This document shows positions 53,863-63,912 of a DNA stretch of 64,000 nt, piece by piece; the stretch's first letter is position 1; each line of letters opens with the position of its first letter. Below the pieces are notes generated by a model. That model saw only the letters and a list, made by a program, of their open reading frames with translations, was not told the origin of the DNA and did no database searches. Source of the DNA: an uncultured Acidobacteriota bacterium (GTDB taxonomy: Bacteria > Acidobacteriota > Thermoanaerobaculia > Gp7-AA8); NCBI GenBank assembly GCA_963741955.1, contig CAVUKB010000005.1:1152001-1216000 (forward strand), in the 5' to 3' direction. A program made the translations under genes and the position numbers.

Positions 53863-54423
53863 ATGCCCTCCATCAAAGGATTCGCGGTCCGCGGACTCCT
53901 GCGCTACCTGAAAGCCACTCGACCGGAAGCGAAGGAACGGGTCATCACGGCGCTTCCCGAACCATCCCGTCTCGCCTTCGATCGTCCCATCGTCCTCTCC
54001 GACTGGTACGACTACCGCGTCTTCGCGGATCTTCTGCGCGAGATCGATCGCGAGATCGGCAACGGGGATCTCCGGCTCTGCCGGGATGTCGGCGACTTCG
54101 CGGCACGTCAGGACATCACCGGGATCTTCAAAATGATGCTGGGGATTCTCAATCCGGACACGCTGCTCAAGCGGAGCACCATTTTCTGGTCGAAGTATTC
54201 CGACACCGGATCGTTCCACCACGTTCCTTCCGGGGAATACCGCTATGCGGTGCGCCTGGAAGACTTCCCCGATATGGACGAGGCACACTGCTGGCTGATG
54301 ATCGGCTGGATGACCCGCCTCGGGCTGATCAGCCGCGCCAGGACCGTGGACATGCGGCATACCGAATGCGTCAGTCACGGCGGGAAGTTCTGCCAGTGGG
54401 AAGGCTCGTGGACGGAGGGATGA
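53863..54423 (+). CDS. DUF2378 / V4R-like domain protein
   Basis: IKG, LSDWY, FWSKY, C..MIGW, HTECVSHGGKFCQWEGSW. Confidence 0.7.
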   Translation: MPSIKGFAVRGLLRYLKATRPEAKERVITALPEPSRLAFDRPIVLSDWYDYRVFADLLREIDREIGNGDLRLCRDVGDFAARQDITGIFKMMLGILNPDTLLKRSTIFWSKYSDTGSFHHVPSGEYRYAVRLEDFPDMDEAHCWLMIGWMTRLGLISRARTVDMRHTECVSHGGKFCQWEGSWTEG

Positions 54424-54463
54424 GAAGTCGCTCCGAAGAAAGTGCGCGAATTGCCTGTCATTA

Positions 54464-54537
54464 CAGAATATTATTCTGCATCCGTTGTGCTTTTAAGAAT
54501 AATATTCGTCTCTATCCGGCTTCTTGAGAATAATCTC
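54464..54537. promoter_or_regulatory. AT-rich cluster of Fur-family-like palindromes
   Basis: CAGAATA-T-TATTCTG (54464-54478), GAATA-A-TATTC (54497-54507), TTGAGAATAATCTC (54524-54537). Confidence 0.45.
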
Positions 54538-54738
54538 CATCGCAACAATCACCTCATCACCCGCTTCAGGAGCGCCTGCGCCGTCTGACGCTCCTCTTCG
54601 GCGGCAGTGGTCCGGCCGAATGCGGGCTAGGAGTCTGCGCGATAGGGAGGAGCTCCGGCCATTCCGGCGGTGCGAACCATTTCCCCGCGACGTTCTGATC
54701 CTCGACCCGCTCTCGCTTTTCGGGCAGAATGCCGCCGC

Positions 54739-55011
54739 ATGTCACACGCATGGATTACGACGATTGGTCTCGCGGCGGGAATCTTCACCACCGCCAGCTG
54801 GGTCCCTCAGGTGTTCCGAAGCTGCCGGCGCCGCACGGCGCGCGATCTCTCCTGGGGTTACCTCCTGATGTTCGCTCTCGGCGTTTCTCTCTGGGAAGCG
54901 TATGGGATTCTGCAGCACGACATCGCGATCATCGTGGCGAACGCGCTGACGGTCGTGCTGGTCGCGATCGTCGGAGGGGTGAAAGCGCTCGAGAAGCCCG
55001 AGGAGCTGTAA
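54739..55011 (+). CDS. SemiSWEET / PQ-loop transporter
   Basis: IGLAAGIFTTASWVPQV, ARDLS, LWEAYGIL, IIVAN. Confidence 0.88.
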   Translation: MSHAWITTIGLAAGIFTTASWVPQVFRSCRRRTARDLSWGYLLMFALGVSLWEAYGILQHDIAIIVANALTVVLVAIVGGVKALEKPEEL

Positions 55012-55340
55012 TCCTCGGCCTGTGAAAGCGGTGTTCTCGAGCGGGAAAGGGCCGCGCGGGGATTCGTAATCCGCCGCGCGGATTACGGCGCATGCGCGAC
55101 AGCAGCATCATCCGCAGTTTCGACAGAAGCGGCGCTGAGTGACTGAATCAGTGACGCTCCGCGGAAGCCGCAGACTTCGTCTTCATCGCGCGGCACACGA
55201 TCTTCGCGGCGGACTGCGAGTCCGCACCTCGGCGAGAAGCACGATCCCACCGAGGAGTGCGGACGTACTCAAAACTCACAACCTACTTCGTCCGCTTGTC
55301 GATCCGCGCCAGCACTGTGTCGTGCCGCAACCCGCAACCC

Positions 55341-55748
55341 TCACCCTCCTCCGGCGCCGAGGAAAAACGAGACGATCAGGAGGGTGAGCACGGTCGCGGT
55401 GATGGCGACGTAGAGAAGATCCTTCTCGATGAGGAAGACGACGATCGAAACCGCGACGCGCATCACCGGAGTCGCGATCAGCAGGAGGATTCCCAGCATC
55501 ACGATCGCCTGGCCACGCATTTCGCCCACCCCACGAATCACCATGGAGATGCTGTTGGTGTAATTCAGCCGCGAGTCGATCAGTCTTCCGAGATCGGGCC
55601 GTGACGAGAAGTAGTCGGGGTGATGAACAAATGTAAACGTGACCCCCACGAGGACCACGGCGATGCTGGTCAGCACTCCGACCCGGAGGAGATTGCTGAT
55701 CACGCCCTCCACCCACTGCGGCTCGGTGTCGTCGTCGCGCCGCGTCAT
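55341..55748 (-). CDS. DUF1634 family membrane protein
   Basis: ISNLLRVGV...GILLLIATPVMRV; ATGA-coupled to the TauE gene. Confidence 0.85.
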   Translation of the reverse strand: MTRRDDDTEPQWVEGVISNLLRVGVLTSIAVVLVGVTFTFVHHPDYFSSRPDLGRLIDSRLNYTNSISMVIRGVGEMRGQAIVMLGILLLIATPVMRVAVSIVVFLIEKDLLYVAITATVLTLLIVSFFLGAGGG

Positions 55749-56581
55749 CGGATCCCTCTCAGAATCATCTCCACCGAGATCAGAATCAGGACCACCACGA
55801 ACAGCATCCGGATCGCCTTGCTGTCGATCCTCCCGAGAGTGTGCGAACCGGCGAAGGCGCCGGCCAGGACGCCGACCGCGACGGGAGCGGCGATGAACGG
55901 GTCGATCTGGCCGCGGGTGAAGTAGAGTCCCGCACTCGCGGCGGCGGTCACTCCGATCATGAAATTGCTGGTCGCCGTGGAAACCTTGATCGGAAGTCCC
56001 ATCGCCAGATCCATCGCCGGAACCTTGAGCGCTCCAGAACCGATCCCGAGGAGCCCACTGACGATCCCCGCGACGTACATCAGCCCGAGCCCGATTCCCG
56101 GACGCTTCGCGACGTAGTCGACCGACGTTCCTCTCGCCGCATCCTCGAACGTACCGGAGAGCTTGAGGAGACGGTCGATTCGCCTGGACGGAACGACGGT
56201 GCTCTCCTCCACATGGCGGCGTCGCAGCATCACCACCGCCGAATACGCGAGCACCACTCCGAAGATCAGGAAAAGCCAGCGGGGCGAGAGAATCCCCGCC
56301 AGATACGCGCCGGTGATCGCACCGCTGGTCGTTCCGAGCTCGAGGAACATTCCGATCCGGAGATTCGCGAGGCGGTCTCTCACGTACGCCGCGGCCGCGC
56401 CGCTCGAAGTCGCGATGACGGACACGATCGACGCCCCGATGGCGAGGCGGATGTCGACGTGCAGGAGGAGCGTCAGAGCCGGGATGACGATGATTCCTCC
56501 ACCGAGCCCGAGGAGTGAGCCGAAAAATCCCGCCACGATGGAGGTGGCGAAGACGGCGAGCACGAACAGAAGAGGTGTCAT
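55745..56581 (-). CDS. TauE/SafE sulfite exporter family protein
   Basis: GSLLGLGGGIIVIP, AIGASIVSVIATS, SGLLGIGSGALKVP, STATSNF. Confidence 0.92.
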   Translation of the reverse strand: MTPLLFVLAVFATSIVAGFFGSLLGLGGGIIVIPALTLLLHVDIRLAIGASIVSVIATSSGAAAAYVRDRLANLRIGMFLELGTTSGAITGAYLAGILSPRWLFLIFGVVLAYSAVVMLRRRHVEESTVVPSRRIDRLLKLSGTFEDAARGTSVDYVAKRPGIGLGLMYVAGIVSGLLGIGSGALKVPAMDLAMGLPIKVSTATSNFMIGVTAAASAGLYFTRGQIDPFIAAPVAVGVLAGAFAGSHTLGRIDSKAIRMLFVVVLILISVEMILRGIR

Positions 56582-56633
56582 CCGGCGCGAGAGTGTACCG
56601 CACGAGGTCCGTGCGAGACGACGTCGTCGCGCC

Positions 56634-57602
56634 TCACTCCGGCTGTGCCCCGCCGAGCGAGGTGCGCGCGAGGGTCTCGTCGAGCTTCTCTCCCCCGATG
56701 ATCCCGAAATCGAGAGTGCGGATGGGGAACGGAATGGTGATGTCGTTCAGGTGGTACGCCTTCCGGATCCGCATCACCGCGTCGCTGCGCGCGCCGAGAT
56801 AGTCCACCTGCTTGGTCGTGTCGATCCAGAAGCGGACCACGAAGTTGATCGAGCTGTCGCCGAATTCGTCGAAGAAGAGATCGACCGGGCGTTCCGCATT
56901 CCGTCCTTCCACCTCGGAGACCGCTTCGACGGTGATCCGGCGGACCTTCTCGAGATCGCTGCCGTACGAGACGCCGACCGGGAGATCGATCCGCCGCTCT
57001 CCCGATTCGGTGTAGTTGGTCAGCACTCCTTCGATCACCTTCTGGTTCGGAACCCGGACGATCTCGCCGGTGAGCTTGCGGATGATCGTGACCCGGAGGT
57101 TCATGTCGTAGACCACTCCGAGTACGTCATTGGTCTCGACGAGATCGCCGGTGCGGTAAGGACGGCGGAACGCGAGGATCACGCCGGCCATGAAATTCGA
57201 GGCGATGTTCTGAAACGCGAAGCCGAGTGCGAGCCCGGCGATGCCGACGCCGGCGAGTAGCGAGGTGACGGTCTTGTCCAGCCCGAGGATTCCGAGACCG
57301 ATGAAGATGCCGGCGATGTTGATCGAGAATCCGACCGCGCCGACGAGTATCCGGCGGATCGGGTCGGGCATGGAGGTCCGGTTGAGCGCACGATCCGTTC
57401 CCGAGCGCATCAGGCGCGCGATGGTCCAGAAGATCAGCGCGACCACGACGGCGAGGATCAGGTTCGGCAGTGCGGCGATCGCCGAGCGGCCCCAGGTGTC
57501 GAGCTTGTCGATGATCAGTTCGACGCCGGCCTTGGCCCGGGTGGTGACGGGGGCATTCGCAGCTCCCGCGAGGAGCGCGAGTCCGGCGATCGCGTTCGTC
57601 AT
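56634..57602 (-). CDS. Small-conductance mechanosensitive channel (MscS family)
   Basis: GIAGLALGFAFQNIASNF, PYRTGD, VPNQ, GVSYGSD, FGDSSINF, IPFP. Confidence 0.92.
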   Translation of the reverse strand: MTNAIAGLALLAGAANAPVTTRAKAGVELIIDKLDTWGRSAIAALPNLILAVVVALIFWTIARLMRSGTDRALNRTSMPDPIRRILVGAVGFSINIAGIFIGLGILGLDKTVTSLLAGVGIAGLALGFAFQNIASNFMAGVILAFRRPYRTGDLVETNDVLGVVYDMNLRVTIIRKLTGEIVRVPNQKVIEGVLTNYTESGERRIDLPVGVSYGSDLEKVRRITVEAVSEVEGRNAERPVDLFFDEFGDSSINFVVRFWIDTTKQVDYLGARSDAVMRIRKAYHLNDITIPFPIRTLDFGIIGGEKLDETLARTSLGGAQPE

Positions 57603-57694
57603 CGGTTCATTATTTCAGATTACGGCGACCTCCCAAAACGGAGAGGTCGATTCTCGCGGCGCAGCGTGGTCCGGACGTCGAGTCCCGCTGCCGA

Positions 57695-59342
57695 GTGGGT
57701 TGGACGTCCCGCCCGATGCCCAAGTGGGTTGGACGTCCCGCCCGATGCCCAGTGGGTTGGACGTCTCGTCCGATGCCCAAGTGGGTTGGACGTCCCGTCC
57801 GATGCCCAGTGGGTTGGACGTCTCGTCCGATGCCCAGTGGGTTGGACGTCTCGTCCGATGCAGGGCGGCGTCCCGCGCCGCCCTGTCCCGCGCGAGTTAC
57901 AACGATCGTCGCGAGCAGAGAGACACGAACGCACCACAGCGCGAGAGGGACGATTCGCGTTTCGTTGCCGCCATCGCTCCCCGGCAGGATGCCGGGGAGC
58001 ATCGCGCCCGGAGGCGCGACCCACTTGGGTGGGTTGGACGTCCCGCCCGATGCAGGGCGGCATAGTGGGTTGGGCGTCCCGCCCGATGCAGGGCGGCCCA
58101 GTGGGTTGGGCGTCCCGCCCGATGCAGGGCGGCGTCCCGCGCCGCACTGTCCCGCGCGAGATACAACGATCGTCGCGAGCAGAGAGACACGAACGCACCA
58201 CAGTGCGAGAGGAACGATTCCCGTGTCGTTGTCGCCATCGCTCCCCGGCAGGATGCCGGGGAGCCTCGCGCCCGGAGGCGCGACCCACTTGGGTGGGTTG
58301 GGCGTCCCGCCCGATGCAGGGTGGCCCAGTGGGTTGGGCGTCCCGCCCGATGCAGGGCGGCGTCCCGCGCCGCCCTGTCCCGCGCGAGTTACGACGATTT
58401 CCCCGAGTAGAGAGACGAACTGATCGCCGCGCGAGAGGAACGACTCGCGTTTCGTTGCCGCCATCGCTCCCCGGCAGGATGCCGGGGAGCCTCGCGCGGG
58501 ACGCGCGACCCACTTGGGCGGGTTGGGCGTCCCGCCCGATGCAGGGCGGCCCAGTGGGTTGGGCGTCCCGTCCGATGCAGGGCGGCGTCCCGCGCCGCAC
58601 TGTCCCGCGCGAGTTACAACGATCGTCGCGAGCAGAGAGACACGAACGCACCACAGCGCGAGAGGAACGATTCGCGCCTCGTTGTCGCCATCGCTCCCCG
58701 GCAGGATGCCGGGGAGCCTCGGGCGGGACGCGCGACCCACTTGGGCGGGTTGGACGTCCCGTCCGATGCAGGGCGGCCCAGTGGGTTGGGCGTCCCGCCC
58801 GATGCCCAGTGGGTTGGACGTCTCGTCCGATGCAGGGCGGCGTCCCGCGCCGCCCTGTCCCGCGCGAGATACGACGATTTCCACGAGTAGAGAGACGAAC
58901 TGATCGCCGCGCGAGAGGAACGATTCGCGTTTCGTTGCCGCCATCGCTCCCCGGCAGGATGCCGGGGAGCCTCGCGCGGGACGCGCGACCCACTTGAGCG
59001 GGTTGGACGTCCCGTCCGATGCAGGGCGGCCCAGTGGGTTGGGCGTCCCGCCCGATGCCCAGTGGGTTGGACGTCTCGTCCGATGCAGGGCGGCGTCCCG
59101 CGCCGCACTGTCCCGCGCGAGATACGACGATTTCCCCGAGTAGAGAGACGAACTGATCGCCGCGCGAGAGGAACGATTCGCGCCTCGTTGCCGCCATCGC
59201 TCCCCGGCAGGATGCCGGGGAGCATCGCGCCCGGAGGCGCGACCCACAAGGCGCGACGCACTTGGCGCGACCCACTTGGCGCGACCCATTCGAGCCACGG
59301 GCGGCGTCCCGCGCCGCCCTGCTCCGGGCGAGTTACGACGAT
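57695..59342. repeat. REP/REPIN array (family B): 6 tandem REP monomers followed by 6 composite units
   Basis: gtgggttgg(a/g)cgtc(c/t)cg(c/t)ccgatgc at 57695, 57724, 57752, 57781, 57809, 57837; hairpin gctccccggca-gga-tgccggggagc at 57976, 58240, 58466, 58693, 58946, 59199. Confidence 0.95.
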
Positions 59343-59369
59343 CCCCCGGTGGACCGGGAGAAGCGTCGA

Positions 59370-60941
59370 TCACTTCGGCGGCAGCGGCTTCCGCGGTAGC
59401 ATCTCCACACGGTTCGCTGCTTCCCAGGCGAACGTGGCGATCACCACGGAAGCCTGCATCAGATCGTCGCGCTGGAGGCGGTCATAGACGTCGTAGTTCG
59501 TGTGATGGGTCCGGGTGTCGTACTCGATCTCGTCCTGGATGAACTGGAAGGCCGGGATTCCCGCGGCGTCGAACGACTGGTGATCGGTTCCGCCGGTGTT
59601 GCGGGTGGTGACGGTCGTCGCGCCGAGATCCGAGAGCGGCTGGAGCCAGGCGCGGAAGATCGGCGCTACGGCGAGGTTCTCCTGGGTGTAGATCCCGCGG
59701 ATTTTCCCGGTGCCGTTGTCGAGATTGAAGTACGCCGCGACGCGTCGCTGCTCCGGCTTGAGAGTCGGACGGACATTGCCGCGACGCCAGAACGCGGTAT
59801 CGCGATCACCTTCCTTCGGCTCGGGCCAGGTGGCGTAGTGCTGCTCGACGTAGCCTCGCGAGCCGAGGAGTCCCTGTTCTTCTCCCGACCAGAGCGCGAC
59901 CCGGATGGTCCGCTTCGGTCGCGCGTCGATCGCCTTCAGGATCCTCGCCGCCTCCATCACCGCCGCCACGCCTGCGGCGTTGTCGGTCGCTCCCGTTCCG
60001 GCGTGCCACGAATCGATGTGTCCACCGATGATCACCACCTCGCCGTTCTTGTCGGTGCCGGGGATCTCGGCGATGACGTTGTACTGCTGATCCTGATCGT
60101 CGAGGAATCGGCTCCGCACGTCGAGCTCGAGCTCGACCGGAGTGCCGTCGGCGACGAGCCGGGTGATGCGATCGTACTGCTCGGTGGAGAGGACGAGCAT
60201 CGGCGCGCCGATCGGTTCGTCCTTCTTCTGAGAGCCGCCGGCAGCCACGACGAAGAGGCCCCCATCACCACTCCCCGGTTCGATCACCGCGAGCGGCTTC
60301 TCCTCCGCGAAAAACTCGTTGAGCTTCTTCCGGAACTCGCGCCGCTTCATGTACTCCGAGATGCGCGCGGAATCACGCTCGCCGGGAACGCGGTATTGGG
60401 TGATCGACTCGAGCTCCTGCGCGTCGTAGCGGTGCGACTCGGCTGCCTCGTGCGGCTTGACTTCGTGAGCGTCGCCGAGAAAGACGATCTTCCCGGTGAG
60501 CTTTCCCTTCTGCTGCTGCAGATCGCTCTCGTTCTCGAGCCGGACGTTGACCACCGGCCCGCGAACCAGACCGTTCGTGCCGGGCGTCCATGCCTTCGGG
60601 ATCGCGACGAGCTGCGCCTCTTCGGGAGCCACCATCCGCACGAAAGCGGAATCGTTCTCCCATCCTCGTCCGAACGGACCCCACGCTTCGACGTGGGCGT
60701 TGACCAGGCCCCAGTTTTCGAGCTGCTTGCGGCTCCACTCCTCGGATTCCTTCAGCGAAGTGGATCCGGTGAGTCGCCCGCCGAAGCGGTCGGTGAGAAC
60801 GTGAGCGGTCTTCATCACCTGAGAATTGCGGAAGCCTTCCTGCCGGATACGAGCGATCACGTCGAGATCGACGGCTTCGGCGGCGAAGATCGTGGTTGCG
60901 GTGAGGGCGAGGACGACAGAGAGCCGCAGGGCTCGAAACAT
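59370..60941 (-). CDS. Secreted M28 family metallopeptidase (carboxypeptidase Q-like)
   Basis: Signal peptide, GGRLTGS, GGHIDSW, GATDNAAG, WSGEEQGLLGS, NLDNG, GTDH, THHT. Confidence 0.92.
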   Translation of the reverse strand: MFRALRLSVVLALTATTIFAAEAVDLDVIARIRQEGFRNSQVMKTAHVLTDRFGGRLTGSTSLKESEEWSRKQLENWGLVNAHVEAWGPFGRGWENDSAFVRMVAPEEAQLVAIPKAWTPGTNGLVRGPVVNVRLENESDLQQQKGKLTGKIVFLGDAHEVKPHEAAESHRYDAQELESITQYRVPGERDSARISEYMKRREFRKKLNEFFAEEKPLAVIEPGSGDGGLFVVAAGGSQKKDEPIGAPMLVLSTEQYDRITRLVADGTPVELELDVRSRFLDDQDQQYNVIAEIPGTDKNGEVVIIGGHIDSWHAGTGATDNAAGVAAVMEAARILKAIDARPKRTIRVALWSGEEQGLLGSRGYVEQHYATWPEPKEGDRDTAFWRRGNVRPTLKPEQRRVAAYFNLDNGTGKIRGIYTQENLAVAPIFRAWLQPLSDLGATTVTTRNTGGTDHQSFDAAGIPAFQFIQDEIEYDTRTHHTNYDVYDRLQRDDLMQASVVIATFAWEAANRVEMLPRKPLPPK

Positions 60942-61029
60942 ATTCACCTCCGGGCAGGACGAGCGTCCGGCCGATATCCGGGTGATCCCCGGAAAGGGAG
61001 AGAATACACGAGCTCGCCGAATTTGTGCT

Positions 61030-61431
61030 TCAGGCGGCCTGGCCGGAATCGTGGAGCGAGATCTCGAACTCGGGCGGCTCCAGGATGTGGCGCTTGACCG
61101 CGCACTGGTCCACGGCGCGAAGGATCGCGCTGCGGTACTTCTCGGGAAAGCCCTCCGGGAGCTGGAGGTCGATCCGGAGCGTGGCGACGCGCTTCCGTTC
61201 CGGATCCCGCAGCGGTTCGACGCTCAGGCGGAGGCCCTCGATCGGGATCTCGCGCTGGAGACAGAACTGGACAGCGTAGTAGCCCATGCAGGTACCGATC
61301 GACGCAAGGAAGAGGTCGAACGGCGCCATGGCGGAGTCGGCACCTCCGGCGACGGCCGGCTGATCGGTGCGGACGGTGTGGTTGCGGTGGTGGGCTTCGA
61401 CGGCGACGCCGCCGGGGAACGTGATCTCCAT
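61030..61431 (-). CDS. OsmC family protein
   Basis: TDQP..GG...APFDLFLASIGTC ... CAVKRH; SD ggagg. Confidence 0.9.
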   Translation of the reverse strand: MEITFPGGVAVEAHHRNHTVRTDQPAVAGGADSAMAPFDLFLASIGTCMGYYAVQFCLQREIPIEGLRLSVEPLRDPERKRVATLRIDLQLPEGFPEKYRSAILRAVDQCAVKRHILEPPEFEISLHDSGQAA

Positions 61432-61502
61432 GATTTGCGACTACCTCCTGCGCGTAATACTACTACATCGGAATGTAGTCATGTATTCCGCGGAGCTGGG
61501 GG

Positions 61503-61728
61503 ATCGCTCCCCGGCAGGATGCCGGGGAGCCTCGCGCGGGACGCGCGACCCACTTGGCGCGACCCACAAGGCGGCTCTGTGGGTTGGATGCCCCGTCCGA
61601 TGCAGGGCGGCCCAGTGGGTTGGGCGTCCCGCCCGATGCAGGGCGGCGTCCCGCGCCGCACTGTCCCGGTGCAAGTTACAACGATCCTCCCGAGAATCGA
61701 GACACGAACGCGCCGCAGCGCGACCCAC
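61503..61728. repeat. Family B REP unit downstream of the RAYT gene
   Basis: Same hairpins as in 57695-59342. Confidence 0.9.
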
Positions 61729-62370
61729 TCAGAGATTCGCGTAGGGGGGGAACAGCAGCTGCTTCGTCCATGGCGATTCGCCGAGGCCGGCTCGCCGAGG
61801 ATTGTCGACGACGTAGCGTACGGCGTTTGTGAGCTCGCTCTCGCTCCGGAGCAGACGTTCGTACGAGTCGTCCTGCCAGAATCGTCCCGTTCTTCCCCGA
61901 AGGCGGTTCGCCTCCTTCGCGGTGAACGATTTCCAGCTCCCGGTGACTCTCCACCACGGAATCCCTGCGAACGGCCGATAGACGACGTGCACATGGTTCG
62001 GCATGACGGACTGACTCACGAGGCGGTAGCGCTTTCCGTCGAAAAACGTGAGTGCATCGCTGACCAGTTTGCCGATGGTGGGATTTGCCAGCGCACACTC
62101 ACCTCGTCCCCGGTCCATTTCCTCGAACAACTCCTGGCGCCGTTCCCGTTCGACGAGAAGCTGGTCGGCAACCGTTACGGTTCCGGTGCTCTTGCGGATC
62201 TCATCGAGCCGCGCGTCCATTCGCTCGCGGAGGCGGTAGAGGTACGCCGGACCGATCGCGTCGGCCAGACAGAACGTCACGAAGTAGATCCCGCGGTCGG
62301 TGTCGAAGTGAGGGAGATGATTCCGCATCCGCTTGCGGATCTCACCGTAGGCTATGATTCCGCTATCCAT
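61729..62370 (-). CDS. REP-associated tyrosine transposase (RAYT / TnpA-REP, HUH Y1)
   Basis: LPHF, YFVTF, VMPNHVH (HUH), WKSFTA, FWQDDSYE, RYVVDNPRRAGL (catalytic Tyr); SD aaggag; flanked by REPs. Confidence 0.92.
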   Translation of the reverse strand: MDSGIIAYGEIRKRMRNHLPHFDTDRGIYFVTFCLADAIGPAYLYRLRERMDARLDEIRKSTGTVTVADQLLVERERRQELFEEMDRGRGECALANPTIGKLVSDALTFFDGKRYRLVSQSVMPNHVHVVYRPFAGIPWWRVTGSWKSFTAKEANRLRGRTGRFWQDDSYERLLRSESELTNAVRYVVDNPRRAGLGESPWTKQLLFPPYANL

Positions 62371-62439
62371 GTCGTGCTCCTTCTATTTCTGAAATCCTTC
62401 AGGGTGCGGACACCCGAACCCGCCGCGGCGCGAGATGGG

Positions 62440-63150
62440 CATCGCTCCCCGGCAGGATGCCGGGGAGCCCAGTGGGTTGGGCGTCCCGCCCGATGCAGGG
62501 CGGCGTCCCGCGCCGCACTGTCCCGGGCGAGGTACAACGATCCCTCCCGAGAGAGAGACACGAACGCACCGCCGCGCGAGAGGAACGATCCGCGCCTCGT
62601 TGCAGCCATCGCTCCCCGGCAGGATGCCGGGGAGCCTCGCGCGGGACGCGCGACCCACTTGTGTGGGTTGGGCGTCCCGCCCGATGCAGGGCGGCGTCCC
62701 GCGCCGCACTGTCCCGGGCGAGGTACAACGATCCCTCCCGAGAGAGAGACACGAACGCACCGCCGCGCGAGAGGAACGATCCGCGCCTCGTTGCAGCCAT
62801 CGCTCCCCGGCAGGATGCCGGGGAGCCTCGCGCGGGACGCGCGACCCACCTGTGTGGGTTGGGCGTCCCGCCCGATGCAGGGCGGCGTCCGGCGCCGCAC
62901 TGTCCCGGGCGAGGTACAACGATCCTCCCGAGAATCGAGACACGAACTGACCGCCGCGCGAGAGGAACGATAAGCGTGTCGTTGTCGCCATCGCTCCCCG
63001 GCAGGATGCCGGGGAGCCTCGCGCGGGACGCGCGACCCACCTGGCGCGACCCACCTGGCGCGACCCACCTGGCGCGACCCACCTGGCGCGACCTACCTGG
63101 CGCGACCCACCTGGCGCCCCACCTGGCGCGACCCACCTGGCGCGATCCAC
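62440..63150. repeat. Family B REPIN array upstream of RAYT ending in ~9 copies of a 14-bp REP-foot repeat
   Basis: Hairpin at 62444, 62611, 62802, 62993; (gcgcgacccacctg)n at 63030-63150. Confidence 0.93.
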
Positions 63151-63171
63151 TGCGATCCGGATCCCTGCACG

Positions 63172-63354
63172 TCAGTGCTCCCGCCGCCCGCGACGGCGTT
63201 TCGCTTCGGCCGTGCAGATCGGGCACTCGAGCACCTGCCGGAGGAAACTCTCGGCCAGCTCGTCCGGGGTCTCGTCCGAGAGTCCTACCATCCCGCCACG
63301 GCTCTCGATCTCGTGGAGCAGCGCTTCGATATTCGCGTTTCTCTTTCGACGCAT
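63172..63354 (-). CDS. Small hypothetical protein with CxxC
   Basis: 60-aa ORF, SD aggaggt, ECPIC. Confidence 0.6.
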   Translation of the reverse strand: MRRKRNANIEALLHEIESRGGMVGLSDETPDELAESFLRQVLECPICTAEAKRRRGRREH

Positions 63355-63711
63355 GATCCAACCTCCTGGAATCGAGAATCCCTCGGCCGGATCAGGGCGT
63401 CAAAATTTCTACTCCTCGTGGAGTCCACCCTCGGATCTGCAGCGGCGGAAGGCATTGAGTGCGACCGGGATCGACGAAATCCATAAATGTCGCGTTCGGT
63501 TCAGAGCGAGAGCGCGCTCTACATGGAGTAGATCAGGGTTGAGTGAAGACCTGACCCCATGGGATCCGCTGCCGGCGGATCCGCGGCAGAACGGAGGCGC
63601 AGTGCGGCCTCACCGGAGAGGTCCGGCACGGGACGCCGCCCTCACCGGCCGCGGGTGCCCCTCCACGTCTCCCGCGCTGACAGCACCGCCGTGCGAGTCG
63701 TGTCGGAAACG

Positions 63712-63866
63712 ACGAATGCAGAATGCAAATCGCGGAATCTGGAGTTGAGAAAGGACACCCGCCCTTCTTTCATTCTGAATTCTGAACTCTGCATCATTCT
63801 GCATTCGGCGGTCACTTCGCTCCTCAAAGTTTGTGCGCATGGGGGTTCGGGGATCGGGGATCAGCC
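63712..63866. repeat. Heptamer-repeat element related to the 40132-40672 units
   Basis: gaatgcagaatgc...attctgaattctga...tcacttcgctcctcaaagtttgtgcgcatggggg..ggggatcggggatc. Confidence 0.75.
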
Positions 63867-63912
63867 GGAGCATCGACCGCTTCCGCTACAATGCCCCGCT
63901 CAGGAGGCTCCC

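Noticed and set aside
55020-55340. Possible ncRNA in a palindrome-rich convergent intergenic region
   Set aside because: Short hairpins only, no recognisable family or second copy in the window
57695-57860. CRISPR-like 28-29 bp palindromic repeats
   Set aside because: Repeats abut with no spacers and match the RAYT-flanking REP
57610-59373. Long ORFs (587, 551, 443 aa) over the family B array
   Set aside because: Product of stop-poor GC-rich palindromic repeats, open on both strands
61729-62370. IS200/IS605 element with TnpB
   Set aside because: No tnpB; multi-copy REP flanks and motifs fit a RAYT
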